Shown here piece after piece: positions 26,430 through 34,803 of a stretch of 64,000 nucleotides of DNA. How positions within the stretch are numbered: position 1 is the first letter of the stretch; the number at the start of each line of letters is the position of its first letter. Source of the stretch: Phototrophicaceae bacterium (GTDB lineage Bacteria > Chloroflexota > Anaerolineae > Aggregatilineales > Phototrophicaceae); NCBI GenBank assembly GCA_965197455.1, contig OZ240208.1, positions 1,842,153 to 1,906,152 of the forward strand, in the 5' to 3' direction. The notes beneath the pieces are model-generated. The model saw nothing but the letters and a program-made list of their open reading frames with translations. It ran no database searches and was not told where the DNA came from. The position numbers were made by a program, and so were the translations under genes.

Positions 26430-27949
26430 GCTCTTAAACGCCGGACAGACGTGCTGCCACCCCGGCTGAAAAGTCTCACACCCGTCGCATCCGGGCCGGG
26501 GTAGATCCGCTGCGCCAGATAGCGCTGGCGACCGGCAAACACCTCCATCACGGAACGGTCGAGGAACACCCTCAGGCGCAGCGGCGTCTCCAGATCCTGG
26601 CGGAATGGCGCCTCCTGGACGGCCCGCCCCTGCAGGTAGTCCAGATCGCTGCGCCTGCTGGAGCTGCCAAAGTCAATCCGGACGCTGGACGGGTTACGGG
26701 TGAAAGAGACGCGGGTCTGCTCCGCGCCGTCGGGCGAGCGACGCAGGATCAACCCGAACTCCGTAGCATTTGTCGCCTGGAACTCAAGGTCGAGCTCGAG
26801 ACAATCGCCACGAATCTCCGGCAACTCGAGCTCCGTGTCCGCTGCCACGAGAAGTGAACTCCGCTCCCGGGCTTCGTGACGCAGGGCTTCCAGTTCCACC
26901 GCCGGCTCAAAGTGGATGGCATCTTTATTCGGGGCGAGTGAGATGACCACCGGCAGACTCAGCGCACCGGACCAGCCCGACTGCTCGCAAGCGGTCTGAC
27001 TGCGCCCTTCGTTCAGGTTGGCAAAGAGAATGCGTCGCCCGTCGTCGTCGAGCAGGGTTCGTGGCGCGTGCAGGTTTCCGCCCGGCCAGTTGATTTGATC
27101 AAATGCCTCCGGATAGAAATGATGGTCCCGGTATTGCCCTAGATAGTAGCGGCAGCCCGCCGGTCTCATGCTTCCCTGTGGCTTTCGGTGGCAGAAGTGC
27201 AGCAGCATCCACCTGTCACCGAGCTCGTATAGCTGGGGACAGGCGCCGTCGTCGCCCTCATCGGTCCAGCGCCGCTCCGACTTGTAGAACCTGCCCATGA
27301 ACTCCCAGCTTTTCAGGTCGCGCGACCTGAAGAGATACTGGGTGTCGCCCCCTTCCGTGAGGTCCCGCTGACCGGTCAGCGCATAACACCAATCGCCCTC
27401 CTGCCAGGCTGTCACGTCGTTGTACGGGGTATACAGCCCGTCGCCCTGGACGGGGTGTCGGAGAACGGGAGCTTTGGGGTCAAAGCGCCACGACATGAGA
27501 TCGCCTGCGGGATTGGTGGCGATGCAGCAGGCCCCGCCTCCGTCTGGATGGGGGAAGATGATGGTCGGAGTGTCGTTGAAGACAAACAGGCCACCCGTCT
27601 GTCCCCGCTGGATCGCGTCGGGATGCCGCTCCCAGTGAATCAGGTCGGGTGACGAGATGTGCGCCCAGGCCTTGTAGACGTATCCATCGGAGCGGCGGGG
27701 TGGTCCCGCTCCCTCCCAGGAACTGTGGAGGAAGAACAGATGGTAGCGCCCCTGCCACTTGACGGCCGCACAGGGATCCCAGAGCAGACCCTCCGCCGGC
27801 AGATAGTGAAAGGTTGGCCGATCATAATCACGCAAGGGCGTCGTCAGAGGACTGGCGTTGCGGGCGCGCCGCTCATTAAACACTTCTGCCACAGTCAAGA
27901 CTCCTTTGCCAGCTTTGCTACTGGCAGAACGCCTGGAAGCTTGCGCCAC
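26405..27949 (-). CDS. Glycoside hydrolase family 32-like protein (five-bladed propeller plus GH32 C-terminal beta-sandwich), with divergent catalytic motifs
   Basis: GH32-like blocks: FHYLPAEGLLWDPCAAVKWQGRYHLFF, WAHISSPDLIHW, FRSRDLKSW, and the C-terminal LRVFLDRSVMEVFAG...RIYPG. The start (GTG 27949) is uncertain. Confidence 0.65.
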   Translation of the reverse strand: MAQASRRSASSKAGKGVLTVAEVFNERRARNASPLTTPLRDYDRPTFHYLPAEGLLWDPCAAVKWQGRYHLFFLHSSWEGAGPPRRSDGYVYKAWAHISSPDLIHWERHPDAIQRGQTGGLFVFNDTPTIIFPHPDGGGACCIATNPAGDLMSWRFDPKAPVLRHPVQGDGLYTPYNDVTAWQEGDWCYALTGQRDLTEGGDTQYLFRSRDLKSWEFMGRFYKSERRWTDEGDDGACPQLYELGDRWMLLHFCHRKPQGSMRPAGCRYYLGQYRDHHFYPEAFDQINWPGGNLHAPRTLLDDDGRRILFANLNEGRSQTACEQSGWSGALSLPVVISLAPNKDAIHFEPAVELEALRHEARERSSLLVAADTELELPEIRGDCLELDLEFQATNATEFGLILRRSPDGAEQTRVSFTRNPSSVRIDFGSSSRRSDLDYLQGRAVQEAPFRQDLETPLRLRVFLDRSVMEVFAGRQRYLAQRIYPGPDATGVRLFSRGGSTSVRRLRAWRMGRAH

Positions 27950-28010
27950 GTACCGCGCTGTTGCGTCCTGTGGCGCCCTGGCGCCGGGGGCATAATGCTC
28001 GCGCGGTCAC
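27941..28010 (+). repeat. 70-nt GC-rich structured repeat, copy 1
   Basis: ttgcgccacgtaccgcgctgttgcgtcctgtggcgccctggcgccgggggcataatgctcgcgcggtcac. About 80% identical to 28656..28724. Contains GCGCCAC (27943-49), GTGGCGC (27970-76) and GCGCC (27981-85). Confidence 0.7.
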
Positions 28011-28164
28011 GCGCCAGATGTTACCGTATACTTGAGCATTGTCCCGCTCCGCGCTCGCCAACTGCAGCGCGCAATCCGGATAACACAAACTCGCCAGGTC
28101 ATGACCGAAATCTGACAATTCCAGGTTCAGCAGACATCAGGCAAACACAGAAAGGGTACGGCCA

Positions 28165-28560
28165 ATGATCATCAGCGTCTCGAGTGTTTTTGTCGAAGAT
28201 CAAAACAAGGCGCTTGATTTCTACACCAGAGTACTTGGCTTTCAACTGAAGCATGAAATCCCGCTGGGCGGAGAAGACCGTTGGCTGACGGTCGTTTCGC
28301 CGGAACACCCTGACGGCGTCGAGCTGTTGCTGGAACCCAACGGCAATCCCGCTGCCAGCGCCTTTCAACAATCGATCTTCTCACAAGGAATTTCAGCAAC
28401 ACAGTTTGACGTGAGCGATATTCAGGCGGAATACAATCGCCTGCTGGCGCTTGGCGTCGAATTCACGATGCCGCCGACCGATATGGGGGTGGAGACCGTG
28501 GCGGTCTTCAACGATACCTGCGGCAACCTGATCAGTCTCACACAGGCACAGGCCAGGTGA
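28165..28560 (+). CDS. VOC (glyoxalase/bleomycin-resistance/dioxygenase) family protein
   Basis: 131 aa. VFVEDQNKALDFYTRVLGF, then a second beta-alpha-beta-beta-beta half (FDVSDIQAEYNRLLALGVEF...FNDTCGNLISL). Lower GC than its neighbours. Confidence 0.8.
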   Translation: MIISVSSVFVEDQNKALDFYTRVLGFQLKHEIPLGGEDRWLTVVSPEHPDGVELLLEPNGNPAASAFQQSIFSQGISATQFDVSDIQAEYNRLLALGVEFTMPPTDMGVETVAVFNDTCGNLISLTQAQAR

Positions 28561-28655
28561 GCGTGTCAGCCGCTGCGCTGGCGTAGCCTGCGAAGCGCGT
28601 GTTCCGCCAGGACGCCGACGCCATGCTGTGGCTGGCGACAGCACACAAAACGGAG

Positions 28656-28724
28656 CTGCGCCACGCTCCGCGCAACTGCGTCCGTGGCGCTCTTGCGCCG
28701 GGGGCGTTATGCTCGCACACGGTC
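28656..28724 (+). repeat. 70-nt GC-rich structured repeat, copy 2
   Basis: ctgcgccacgctccgcgcaactgcgtccgtggcgctcttgcgccgggggcgttatgctcgcacacggtc. The same three complementary segments occur at 28658-64, 28684-90 and 28695-99. It ends about 35 nt upstream of ATG 28762. Confidence 0.7.
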
Positions 28725-28761
28725 ATTCCTCCGCGACTAGCGTGCACGGGAGTCACTGTCG

Positions 28762-29826
28762 ATGAACATGCTTGTTGACACCGACGTCCACTGTGGCGCC
28801 AGTCGCCAGCGGATAATGGACTTCCTGCCCGAACCCTGGCGTACGCGCGTCGCCGATGGCAGCGACGGACCTGGCCACCTGGGCTACTGGAATCCCAACG
28901 GTGTCAACCGGCGTGACGCGGTTACACCCGACGGACGCAGCATTGCCGGCGATCCGGCCGCGCTGGCGCACTACCATTTCGACCACAACAATATTGACTT
29001 CGGCATCCTCAACGCCGGCGGTGTCCATGTCGGCCTGTCGCCCGAGCCAGACTTTGCCGCCGCCTATTGCAGCGCGATGAACGACGTCTTCGTCACCGAC
29101 TGGCTGACAGCGGACGAACGCTTTCGCTATTCCCTGATTGTTTCGCCCGCAGACCCCCTGCTGGCCGCTGAAGAAATCCATCGCCTCGGCGATCATCCTG
29201 GTGTGGTGCAGGTGCTCATGCCCAGCGGCGCCCAGTATGGCTACGGCCATCGCTTCTATCACCCCATCTATCAGGCGGCGGAAGCACAAGGTTTGCCGGT
29301 GGCCATCCATCCAGGCTCGGAAGGTCGGGGGGTGTCCGGCGCGCCGTCCTCGGCCGGTTATCCAGGCAGCTATTTCGAATGGCACACCAACCTGGTAGGC
29401 AGCTACATCGCCCATCTCATCAGCCTGGTTTCCGAAGGCGTCTTTCGCAAGTTCCCCGCCCTGAAGTTCGTCCTCATTGAGGGCGGTGTGTCCTGGCTAC
29501 CGCCCATCCTGTGGCGCTTTGACAAGAACTGGAAGTCCCTGCGCATGACCGTGCCCTGGCTGGACCGGCCGCCCAGCCAGATCGCGACCGAGCACATCCT
29601 GCTCACCACCCAGCCAATCGAGGAGCCGGAAAACACGGCCCACCTGCACGACATGCTCACCATGTTTCCGGCCGAGCAGATGCTGATGTTCTCCAGCGAC
29701 TACCCGCACTGGGATGGCGATACGCCGGATTTCGCCCTGCGCATGCTGCCGGCAGCGCTGCGCGAGCGCGTCATGTGGCAAAACGCCTGCCAGCTTTACA
29801 AACTGCCGGTGCCCCAACATGGCTAG
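28762..29826 (+). CDS. Amidohydrolase family 2 (ACMSD/decarboxylase-hydratase-like) protein
   Basis: 354 aa. Motifs MLVDTDVH, VAIHPG and the characteristic C-terminal FSSDYPHWDGD. Confidence 0.8.
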   Translation: MNMLVDTDVHCGASRQRIMDFLPEPWRTRVADGSDGPGHLGYWNPNGVNRRDAVTPDGRSIAGDPAALAHYHFDHNNIDFGILNAGGVHVGLSPEPDFAAAYCSAMNDVFVTDWLTADERFRYSLIVSPADPLLAAEEIHRLGDHPGVVQVLMPSGAQYGYGHRFYHPIYQAAEAQGLPVAIHPGSEGRGVSGAPSSAGYPGSYFEWHTNLVGSYIAHLISLVSEGVFRKFPALKFVLIEGGVSWLPPILWRFDKNWKSLRMTVPWLDRPPSQIATEHILLTTQPIEEPENTAHLHDMLTMFPAEQMLMFSSDYPHWDGDTPDFALRMLPAALRERVMWQNACQLYKLPVPQHG

Positions 29827-30199
29827 CCGCCGTCACGCCGCAGCGCGTACCAGTGATCTGCCCCCCGGCGCACGCAGAATCGTCACGCTGGGCAATCGCT
29901 CGGTCGGCCTGTTCAACGTGCATGGCGAGTTCATCGCCGTGCTGAATGTCTGCCCCCACGAAATGGCGCCCGTCTGCAAGGGACGGCTGGGCGGCACGAC
30001 CGCCCCTTCCCTGCCCGGCCAGTTGAAATGGGAGCGCGAGGGGGAAATTCTGTATTGTCCCTGGCACGGCTGGGAATTTGACCTGCTGACCGGCGCCTGC
30101 CTGACAGACCGCCGCCGGCTGCGCCGCTTCCCGACGAGCGTGGAAGACGGCATGGTCTACGTGGACCTCAGCCCGGGAGCCACACGCAAACAGGATTAA
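29819..30199 (+). CDS. Rieske [2Fe-2S] domain protein
   Basis: ATG 29819 overlaps the amidohydrolase stop (ATGGCTAG). Rieske ligand motifs CPH (NVCPHEMAP) and CPWH (YCPWHGWEF). Confidence 0.8.
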   Translation: MASRRHAAARTSDLPPGARRIVTLGNRSVGLFNVHGEFIAVLNVCPHEMAPVCKGRLGGTTAPSLPGQLKWEREGEILYCPWHGWEFDLLTGACLTDRRRLRRFPTSVEDGMVYVDLSPGATRKQD

Positions 30200-30235
30200 C
30201 CCCGGCCGCGCCCGCGGCTGATCGATCGCCCCGTC

Positions 30236-30847
30236 ATGAGCGTGCTATACTCGAAGCGCAAGGGGTGGAGACCCGAACACATGGCCGTCAGGCATCCAGC
30301 GCTGTTCACCGCAGCCGACTTTGACAACTTCATCGCAGACCACGAGGGCGACGAAATCTTCGAGTTCGTCGACGGAGAGGTGGTACAGGTGCCGAGTAAC
30401 CCCTGGGTGAGCAACATTGCCGGGATCATTCTTTCCTTTATCTGGTGGTATCTGAGACAAAACGGACTGCCTGGAAAAATTACAGGCGCCGACGGTGGCT
30501 TCATGGTTGACGGCCAACGCTTCGCGCCAGATGTGGCCTACATCGGGCCAGACAAGCGCTTCGTCAAGCGCGGCTACAACCCCGACCCGCCCGACCTCGC
30601 CGTCGAGGTCGTCTCCGACGAGAGCAACCGCAAGGAATTGACCGATCTGAAAGCCAAACTGCGCCACTACCGCTCGGCTGGCGTCACCGTCTGGGTCGTG
30701 TTGCCCAGGGCACAGCGCGTCGAAGTACATGCGCCGGACGCCGACCCGGCCCAGGCTCCCCTCACGCTGGGCCCCGACGGCACGCTTGAGGGGCCGGCGC
30801 TGCTGCCCGACTTTCGCCTGCCCCTGCGCGAACTCTTCAACGAATAG
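30236..30847 (+). CDS. Uma2 family (DUF820) endonuclease, copy 2
   Basis: 203 aa. Motifs FEFVDGE, PDLAVEVVSDES and GVTVWVVLPRAQRVEVH. The C-terminal ~85 aa closely match copy 1. Confidence 0.85.
   Translation: MSVLYSKRKGWRPEHMAVRHPALFTAADFDNFIADHEGDEIFEFVDGEVVQVPSNPWVSNIAGIILSFIWWYLRQNGLPGKITGADGGFMVDGQRFAPDVAYIGPDKRFVKRGYNPDPPDLAVEVVSDESNRKELTDLKAKLRHYRSAGVTVWVVLPRAQRVEVHAPDADPAQAPLTLGPDGTLEGPALLPDFRLPLRELFNE
30584..30847 (+). repeat. 264-bp direct repeat, copy 2 (3' end of Uma2 gene)
   Basis: Gap-free alignment to 18411..18674 in the same orientation. Confidence 0.85.
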
Positions 30848-30861
30848 CGGCTGCCAGTTGC

Positions 30862-32052
30862 TCAGCCACCCTTGACCGAACCGGCCAGCAGGCCGCGCAC
30901 GAAGTAGCGCTGCAGCGCGAAGAACACCAGCAAGGGCACCAGGATCGACACGAAGGCGCTGCTGGTCAGGATTTCCCAGTTGTCACCGCGCGACCCCAGC
31001 AACTCACGCAGCAGCGAGGTCATCACGATCTGGTCCGGGTCCTTGCTGAGAAACACCAGCGCCACCAGCAGGTCGTTCCACACCCACAGGAACTGGAAGA
31101 TGGCGAAAGACGCCAGCGCCGGCATCGAGAGCGGCAGGATCAGCCGCGTGAAGGTCTGGAAATGTGAGGCGCCGTCGATGCGGGCGGATTCGATGATCTC
31201 CTTCGGCAGGCCGGCGATGTAGTTACGCAACAGGAAAATCGCCAGCGGCAGACCAAAGCCGGTGTGCGCCAGCCAGATGCCGGCGTAGGACTTGGCCTCG
31301 AAAAAGGGCAGTACGTTCGACACCTGGTTGTACATGCGCAGCAGCGGAATCAGCGACATCTGCAGCGGCACGACCAGCAGCCCCACCACGAGCGCGAACA
31401 GGAGCTGGCGCCCGGGGAATTCAATCCACGAGAAGGCGTAGGCGGCGAAGGCCGCGATGGCGATCGGGATGATGGTCGCCGGGATGGTTACCGTGAAGGT
31501 GTTGATAAAGGCCTGGTCAACGCCCTCGGTGCCCAGAATCTCTTCGTAATTGGCCAGCGAGAACTTCGGCGGCACGGCGGCACGGAAGTAGATGCGCCGG
31601 CCCCGGCTGATGTCGAAGGCTACCGGCGAGCGCATTTCGTAGCGCCCCTCTGCGTCGACCGTCAGCGTCACGCCGTCACCCAGGTCCACGATCTCGCCCG
31701 GCTCAAAGGCTTCTGATTCGGTCGAGCGGATGCCAAAGGCCAGCAATTCCTTTTCGCCGGCGGCGAAGACCTCGCCGCGAATGACCCAGGCACCATCGTC
31801 CTCAACCTGGTCTTCAGCCGAGCCGGTGCGCGCCGCCTCGCCGCGCTCGGTCACGCTCAACGCGGTCCACCAGCCGGAGACGGCCAGCAGGTCCTTGTCG
31901 CGGAAGGAACTGACGAGAAGGCTGAAGGTCGGCACCGTCCAGGCGATCACGATCAACAACAGCGCCAGGCGCGCCAGCAGGGCGCCAGGCGACATGTTGA
32001 CCAGTGGCAGCTGCATCCCGGCAGGCCCAACCCTTTCCATGCGGATGCTCAT
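30862..32052 (-). CDS. Carbohydrate ABC transporter permease (MalG-like) with an extracytoplasmic insertion of about 120 aa after TM1
   Basis: 396 aa. EAA loop ESARIDGASHFQTFTRLILP. There is a long non-hydrophobic segment between the first and second TM helices. Confidence 0.85.
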   Translation of the reverse strand: MSIRMERVGPAGMQLPLVNMSPGALLARLALLLIVIAWTVPTFSLLVSSFRDKDLLAVSGWWTALSVTERGEAARTGSAEDQVEDDGAWVIRGEVFAAGEKELLAFGIRSTESEAFEPGEIVDLGDGVTLTVDAEGRYEMRSPVAFDISRGRRIYFRAAVPPKFSLANYEEILGTEGVDQAFINTFTVTIPATIIPIAIAAFAAYAFSWIEFPGRQLLFALVVGLLVVPLQMSLIPLLRMYNQVSNVLPFFEAKSYAGIWLAHTGFGLPLAIFLLRNYIAGLPKEIIESARIDGASHFQTFTRLILPLSMPALASFAIFQFLWVWNDLLVALVFLSKDPDQIVMTSLLRELLGSRGDNWEILTSSAFVSILVPLLVFFALQRYFVRGLLAGSVKGG

Positions 32053-33044
32053 CGCAGGGCCTCCTCACGGTTCATGCGCCGGATGTTGACGACCATGATG
32101 GGAATCACGGCCACCATAATCACCAGCGCCAGGAAACTGGCGTAGCCGGTATCGAAGGCGCGGAACATCTGGTCGAACATGAAGTTGGCCATGACCTGGG
32201 TGTTCCAGTTGCCGTTGGTCATCGCCAGCACGATGTCGAACACCTTGAGCACGGTGATGACGATCGTCGTCCAGACCACGAAGATGGTGCCCATGATCTG
32301 CGGCACCATGATCTGGAAGAAGGTCTGCACCTCGTTGGCGCCGTCAATGCGGGCGGCTTCCAGCGTTTCCTCCGGCACCCCGCGCAGCGCCGCCGAAAGC
32401 AGCACCATCGCGAAGCCGGTCTGAATCCAGACGAGGATGATCATCAGGAAGAAGCTGTTCCAGAAGGGGATCTGCAGGACATCGATCGGCTCGTTGCCGA
32501 CGCCGGTATACAGCGCGTTGAGCAGGCCGATATCCGGGTTGATGGCGTAAACAAATTTCCAGATGACGCTGGCGCCAACGAAGGAGATGGCCATCGGCAT
32601 GAAAATGAGCGACTTGGCGATGTTGCCCCAGCTCACGCGGTCCGCCAGCACGGCAATTATCAGGCCGAAGACCACACTGAAGGTCGGCACGAACACGAGC
32701 CACAGGATGTTGTTGCCTACGGATTCCAGAAAACGGCTGTCACCGAATGCCCGCGCATAGTTTTTCAGGCCAACGAATTCGTCGCCGTGGCTGTCGTAAA
32801 AGCTCAGAATCAGGGTCTGCACTGCCGGGTACACGAGATACAGGCCAAGAATCACCAGTGCCGGCGCGATAAACAGCCAGGGACGGATGCGCTCGCGCTT
32901 TTTTTCGCGACTGACGAAGACGCCCTCGACAAGACCGCGATCCGGCAACAAGGTGTCCAGCAGCCAGTTGGAGCCGTAAAAGTAAAGCGCCATCACACCG
33001 ACGCCAACGACGATGGCCACGATTGCGTTCAATACTCTTTCCAC
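32049..33044 (-). CDS. Carbohydrate ABC transporter permease (MalF-like)
   Basis: 331 aa. EAA loop EAARIDGANEVQTFFQIMVP. Six hydrophobic segments. 4-nt overlap with the downstream permease gene. Confidence 0.9.
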   Translation of the reverse strand: MERVLNAIVAIVVGVGVMALYFYGSNWLLDTLLPDRGLVEGVFVSREKKRERIRPWLFIAPALVILGLYLVYPAVQTLILSFYDSHGDEFVGLKNYARAFGDSRFLESVGNNILWLVFVPTFSVVFGLIIAVLADRVSWGNIAKSLIFMPMAISFVGASVIWKFVYAINPDIGLLNALYTGVGNEPIDVLQIPFWNSFFLMIILVWIQTGFAMVLLSAALRGVPEETLEAARIDGANEVQTFFQIMVPQIMGTIFVVWTTIVITVLKVFDIVLAMTNGNWNTQVMANFMFDQMFRAFDTGYASFLALVIMVAVIPIMVVNIRRMNREEALR

Positions 33045-33153
33045 AGGGAAGCCCTCCGTGGTCTGGAGGCGGGATTCATTGATGGAGACCGGGGCGACGC
33101 GCAGTCACCCCGGCCCAAGTTTTCGCGCCCGCGTGCTGCGGGTCGCTTGTGCC

Positions 33154-34521
33154 TTACTTGATGGCGTCCCAGGCCGCCTGAATCTCCGCAGCGACATCTT
33201 CAGCTGAAGCGCCGCTGACGAAGTCCACCATGCCCGTCCAGAAGGCGCCGGCGCCGATCGCGCCAGGCATCAGGTCGGAGCCGTCGAAGCGGAAGGTGGT
33301 CGCTGCCAGCAGAATTTCGCCCTGGCCGCGCAGCGTGTCGTTGGCGTAGGCTTCGACGTTCACGCCCAGGTGCGGGGTCAGGAAGCCACTCTGCGCCATC
33401 CAGATCTCACTGGCCAGCGCTGTCGTCAGGAAGTCCAGCAGCACACGCGTGCCAGCGCTGTCCCCGGTGATGGCCCAGAGCGTGCCGGCGCCCAGCACCG
33501 GGTTGCCAAGGTCCTCACCGGCGAAGGGCGGGAAGTAGAAGAAGTCCGCGTCCAGCCCCAGCTCCGTGCCCTCCGGGAAGAAGACTGGGATGAAGCTGGC
33601 CTGGCGGTGCATGTAGCACTTCGGCGGCACGGTGAACATGCCGGCCGGGCTCTCGCGGAAGTCGGTGCCGGCCACGGCCGAAGCGCCACCTTCCACCCAG
33701 GCGTCGTTCTTCGCAAACATGCCGAAGACCTCAAGGGCGTTGACGATGCGCTCGTCAGTGAAGGGGATCTCGTTGGTCACCCAGCCGTCGTAGACCTCGG
33801 GCGGCTGCGTGCGCAACATGATGTCCTCGATCCAGTCGGTCGCCGGCCAGCCGGTGGCGGAGCCGCTGCCAAGGCCGATGCACCAGGGGGTGCCACCATC
33901 AGCAACGATCTGGTCGCTGAGCGCGATCAGCTCTTCCATCGTGGCCGGGATGTCGTAGCCGCCCTCGTCAAAGGCGTCCGGCGAGTACCACACCAGACTC
34001 TTGAGATCGACCTTGTAGAAGAAGCCGTAGTACTGCGGGTCACCCATCGGGTCAGCGTAGGTGCCCAGATCCACCCAGGACTGGCCGGCAGCGTAGTTCT
34101 CCAGCACGGCATTACGCAGGTCGTCACCCAGGGGCACCAGTCCACCCTGGCTGGCCACGTTGGCGGCAAGACCAGGCTGCGGGAAGACCGCGATGTTGGG
34201 CGGGCTGCCCGCCTCGATATCGACGATGATTTGCTGCTCAAAGGCATCCGAGCCGGCGTAAACAACATCGGCGCCGGTAGCATCCTCAAAATAGGCAAAT
34301 ACGGATTCGACCAGGTCGCGGTCGCCGCCCAGCCAGGGGCCAAAGACACGGATTTCCTCACCGCTCAGGTCCATGGCCGAAAAGGCGTCCAGGTCCTCCC
34401 AGTGGAAGGGCCCCTCTCCGACAGGGAACAGGAGGTCGTCCTGCGCGCTGACCAGGCTGCCGGCCAGCAGGCCGGTGACCAGGATCAGGGCAAGACCGAA
34501 AGTCAGGTTCTTGCGGTTCAT
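33154..34521 (-). CDS. Carbohydrate ABC transporter substrate-binding protein (family 1)
   Basis: 455 aa. N-terminal signal/anchor LTFGLALILVTGLLAGSLVSAQ. Size and composition are typical of SBP_bac_1. First gene of the three-gene sugar ABC operon. Confidence 0.85.
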   Translation of the reverse strand: MNRKNLTFGLALILVTGLLAGSLVSAQDDLLFPVGEGPFHWEDLDAFSAMDLSGEEIRVFGPWLGGDRDLVESVFAYFEDATGADVVYAGSDAFEQQIIVDIEAGSPPNIAVFPQPGLAANVASQGGLVPLGDDLRNAVLENYAAGQSWVDLGTYADPMGDPQYYGFFYKVDLKSLVWYSPDAFDEGGYDIPATMEELIALSDQIVADGGTPWCIGLGSGSATGWPATDWIEDIMLRTQPPEVYDGWVTNEIPFTDERIVNALEVFGMFAKNDAWVEGGASAVAGTDFRESPAGMFTVPPKCYMHRQASFIPVFFPEGTELGLDADFFYFPPFAGEDLGNPVLGAGTLWAITGDSAGTRVLLDFLTTALASEIWMAQSGFLTPHLGVNVEAYANDTLRGQGEILLAATTFRFDGSDLMPGAIGAGAFWTGMVDFVSGASAEDVAAEIQAAWDAIK

Positions 34522-34754
34522 CTATGTTCTCCTTGTAACTCTTCTGCTGCTTGCAAGAAAGGCAGGACTCGTCTGACGGACATCCAGGCGAAACGCCTGG
34601 CGCGCGCCGACGCCACAACCGGTTGGTTCACAAAGGGAGAAGTCCCAGCTTGTAGCCACCGGCCGGGATGTCGAAGACTGCCGGGGTCAGTGTAACACCC
34701 ACATATTTAGGGCGGTAGTGCGGATTGCGGGTGAAGCCTGTACAGAATGCACAT

Positions 34755-34781
34755 AAAAGGAGCGCCCGGTCTGGACGCCCC
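34755..34781 (-). terminator. Intrinsic terminator downstream of glnA
   Basis: Minus-strand RNA forms GGGGCGUCC-AGACC-GGGCGCUCC (9 bp including 2 G-U pairs), followed by UUUUAU. It starts about 22 nt after the glnA stop. Confidence 0.6.
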
Positions 34782-34803
34782 TCTCGTGTGCGCTGAATGG
34801 GTC

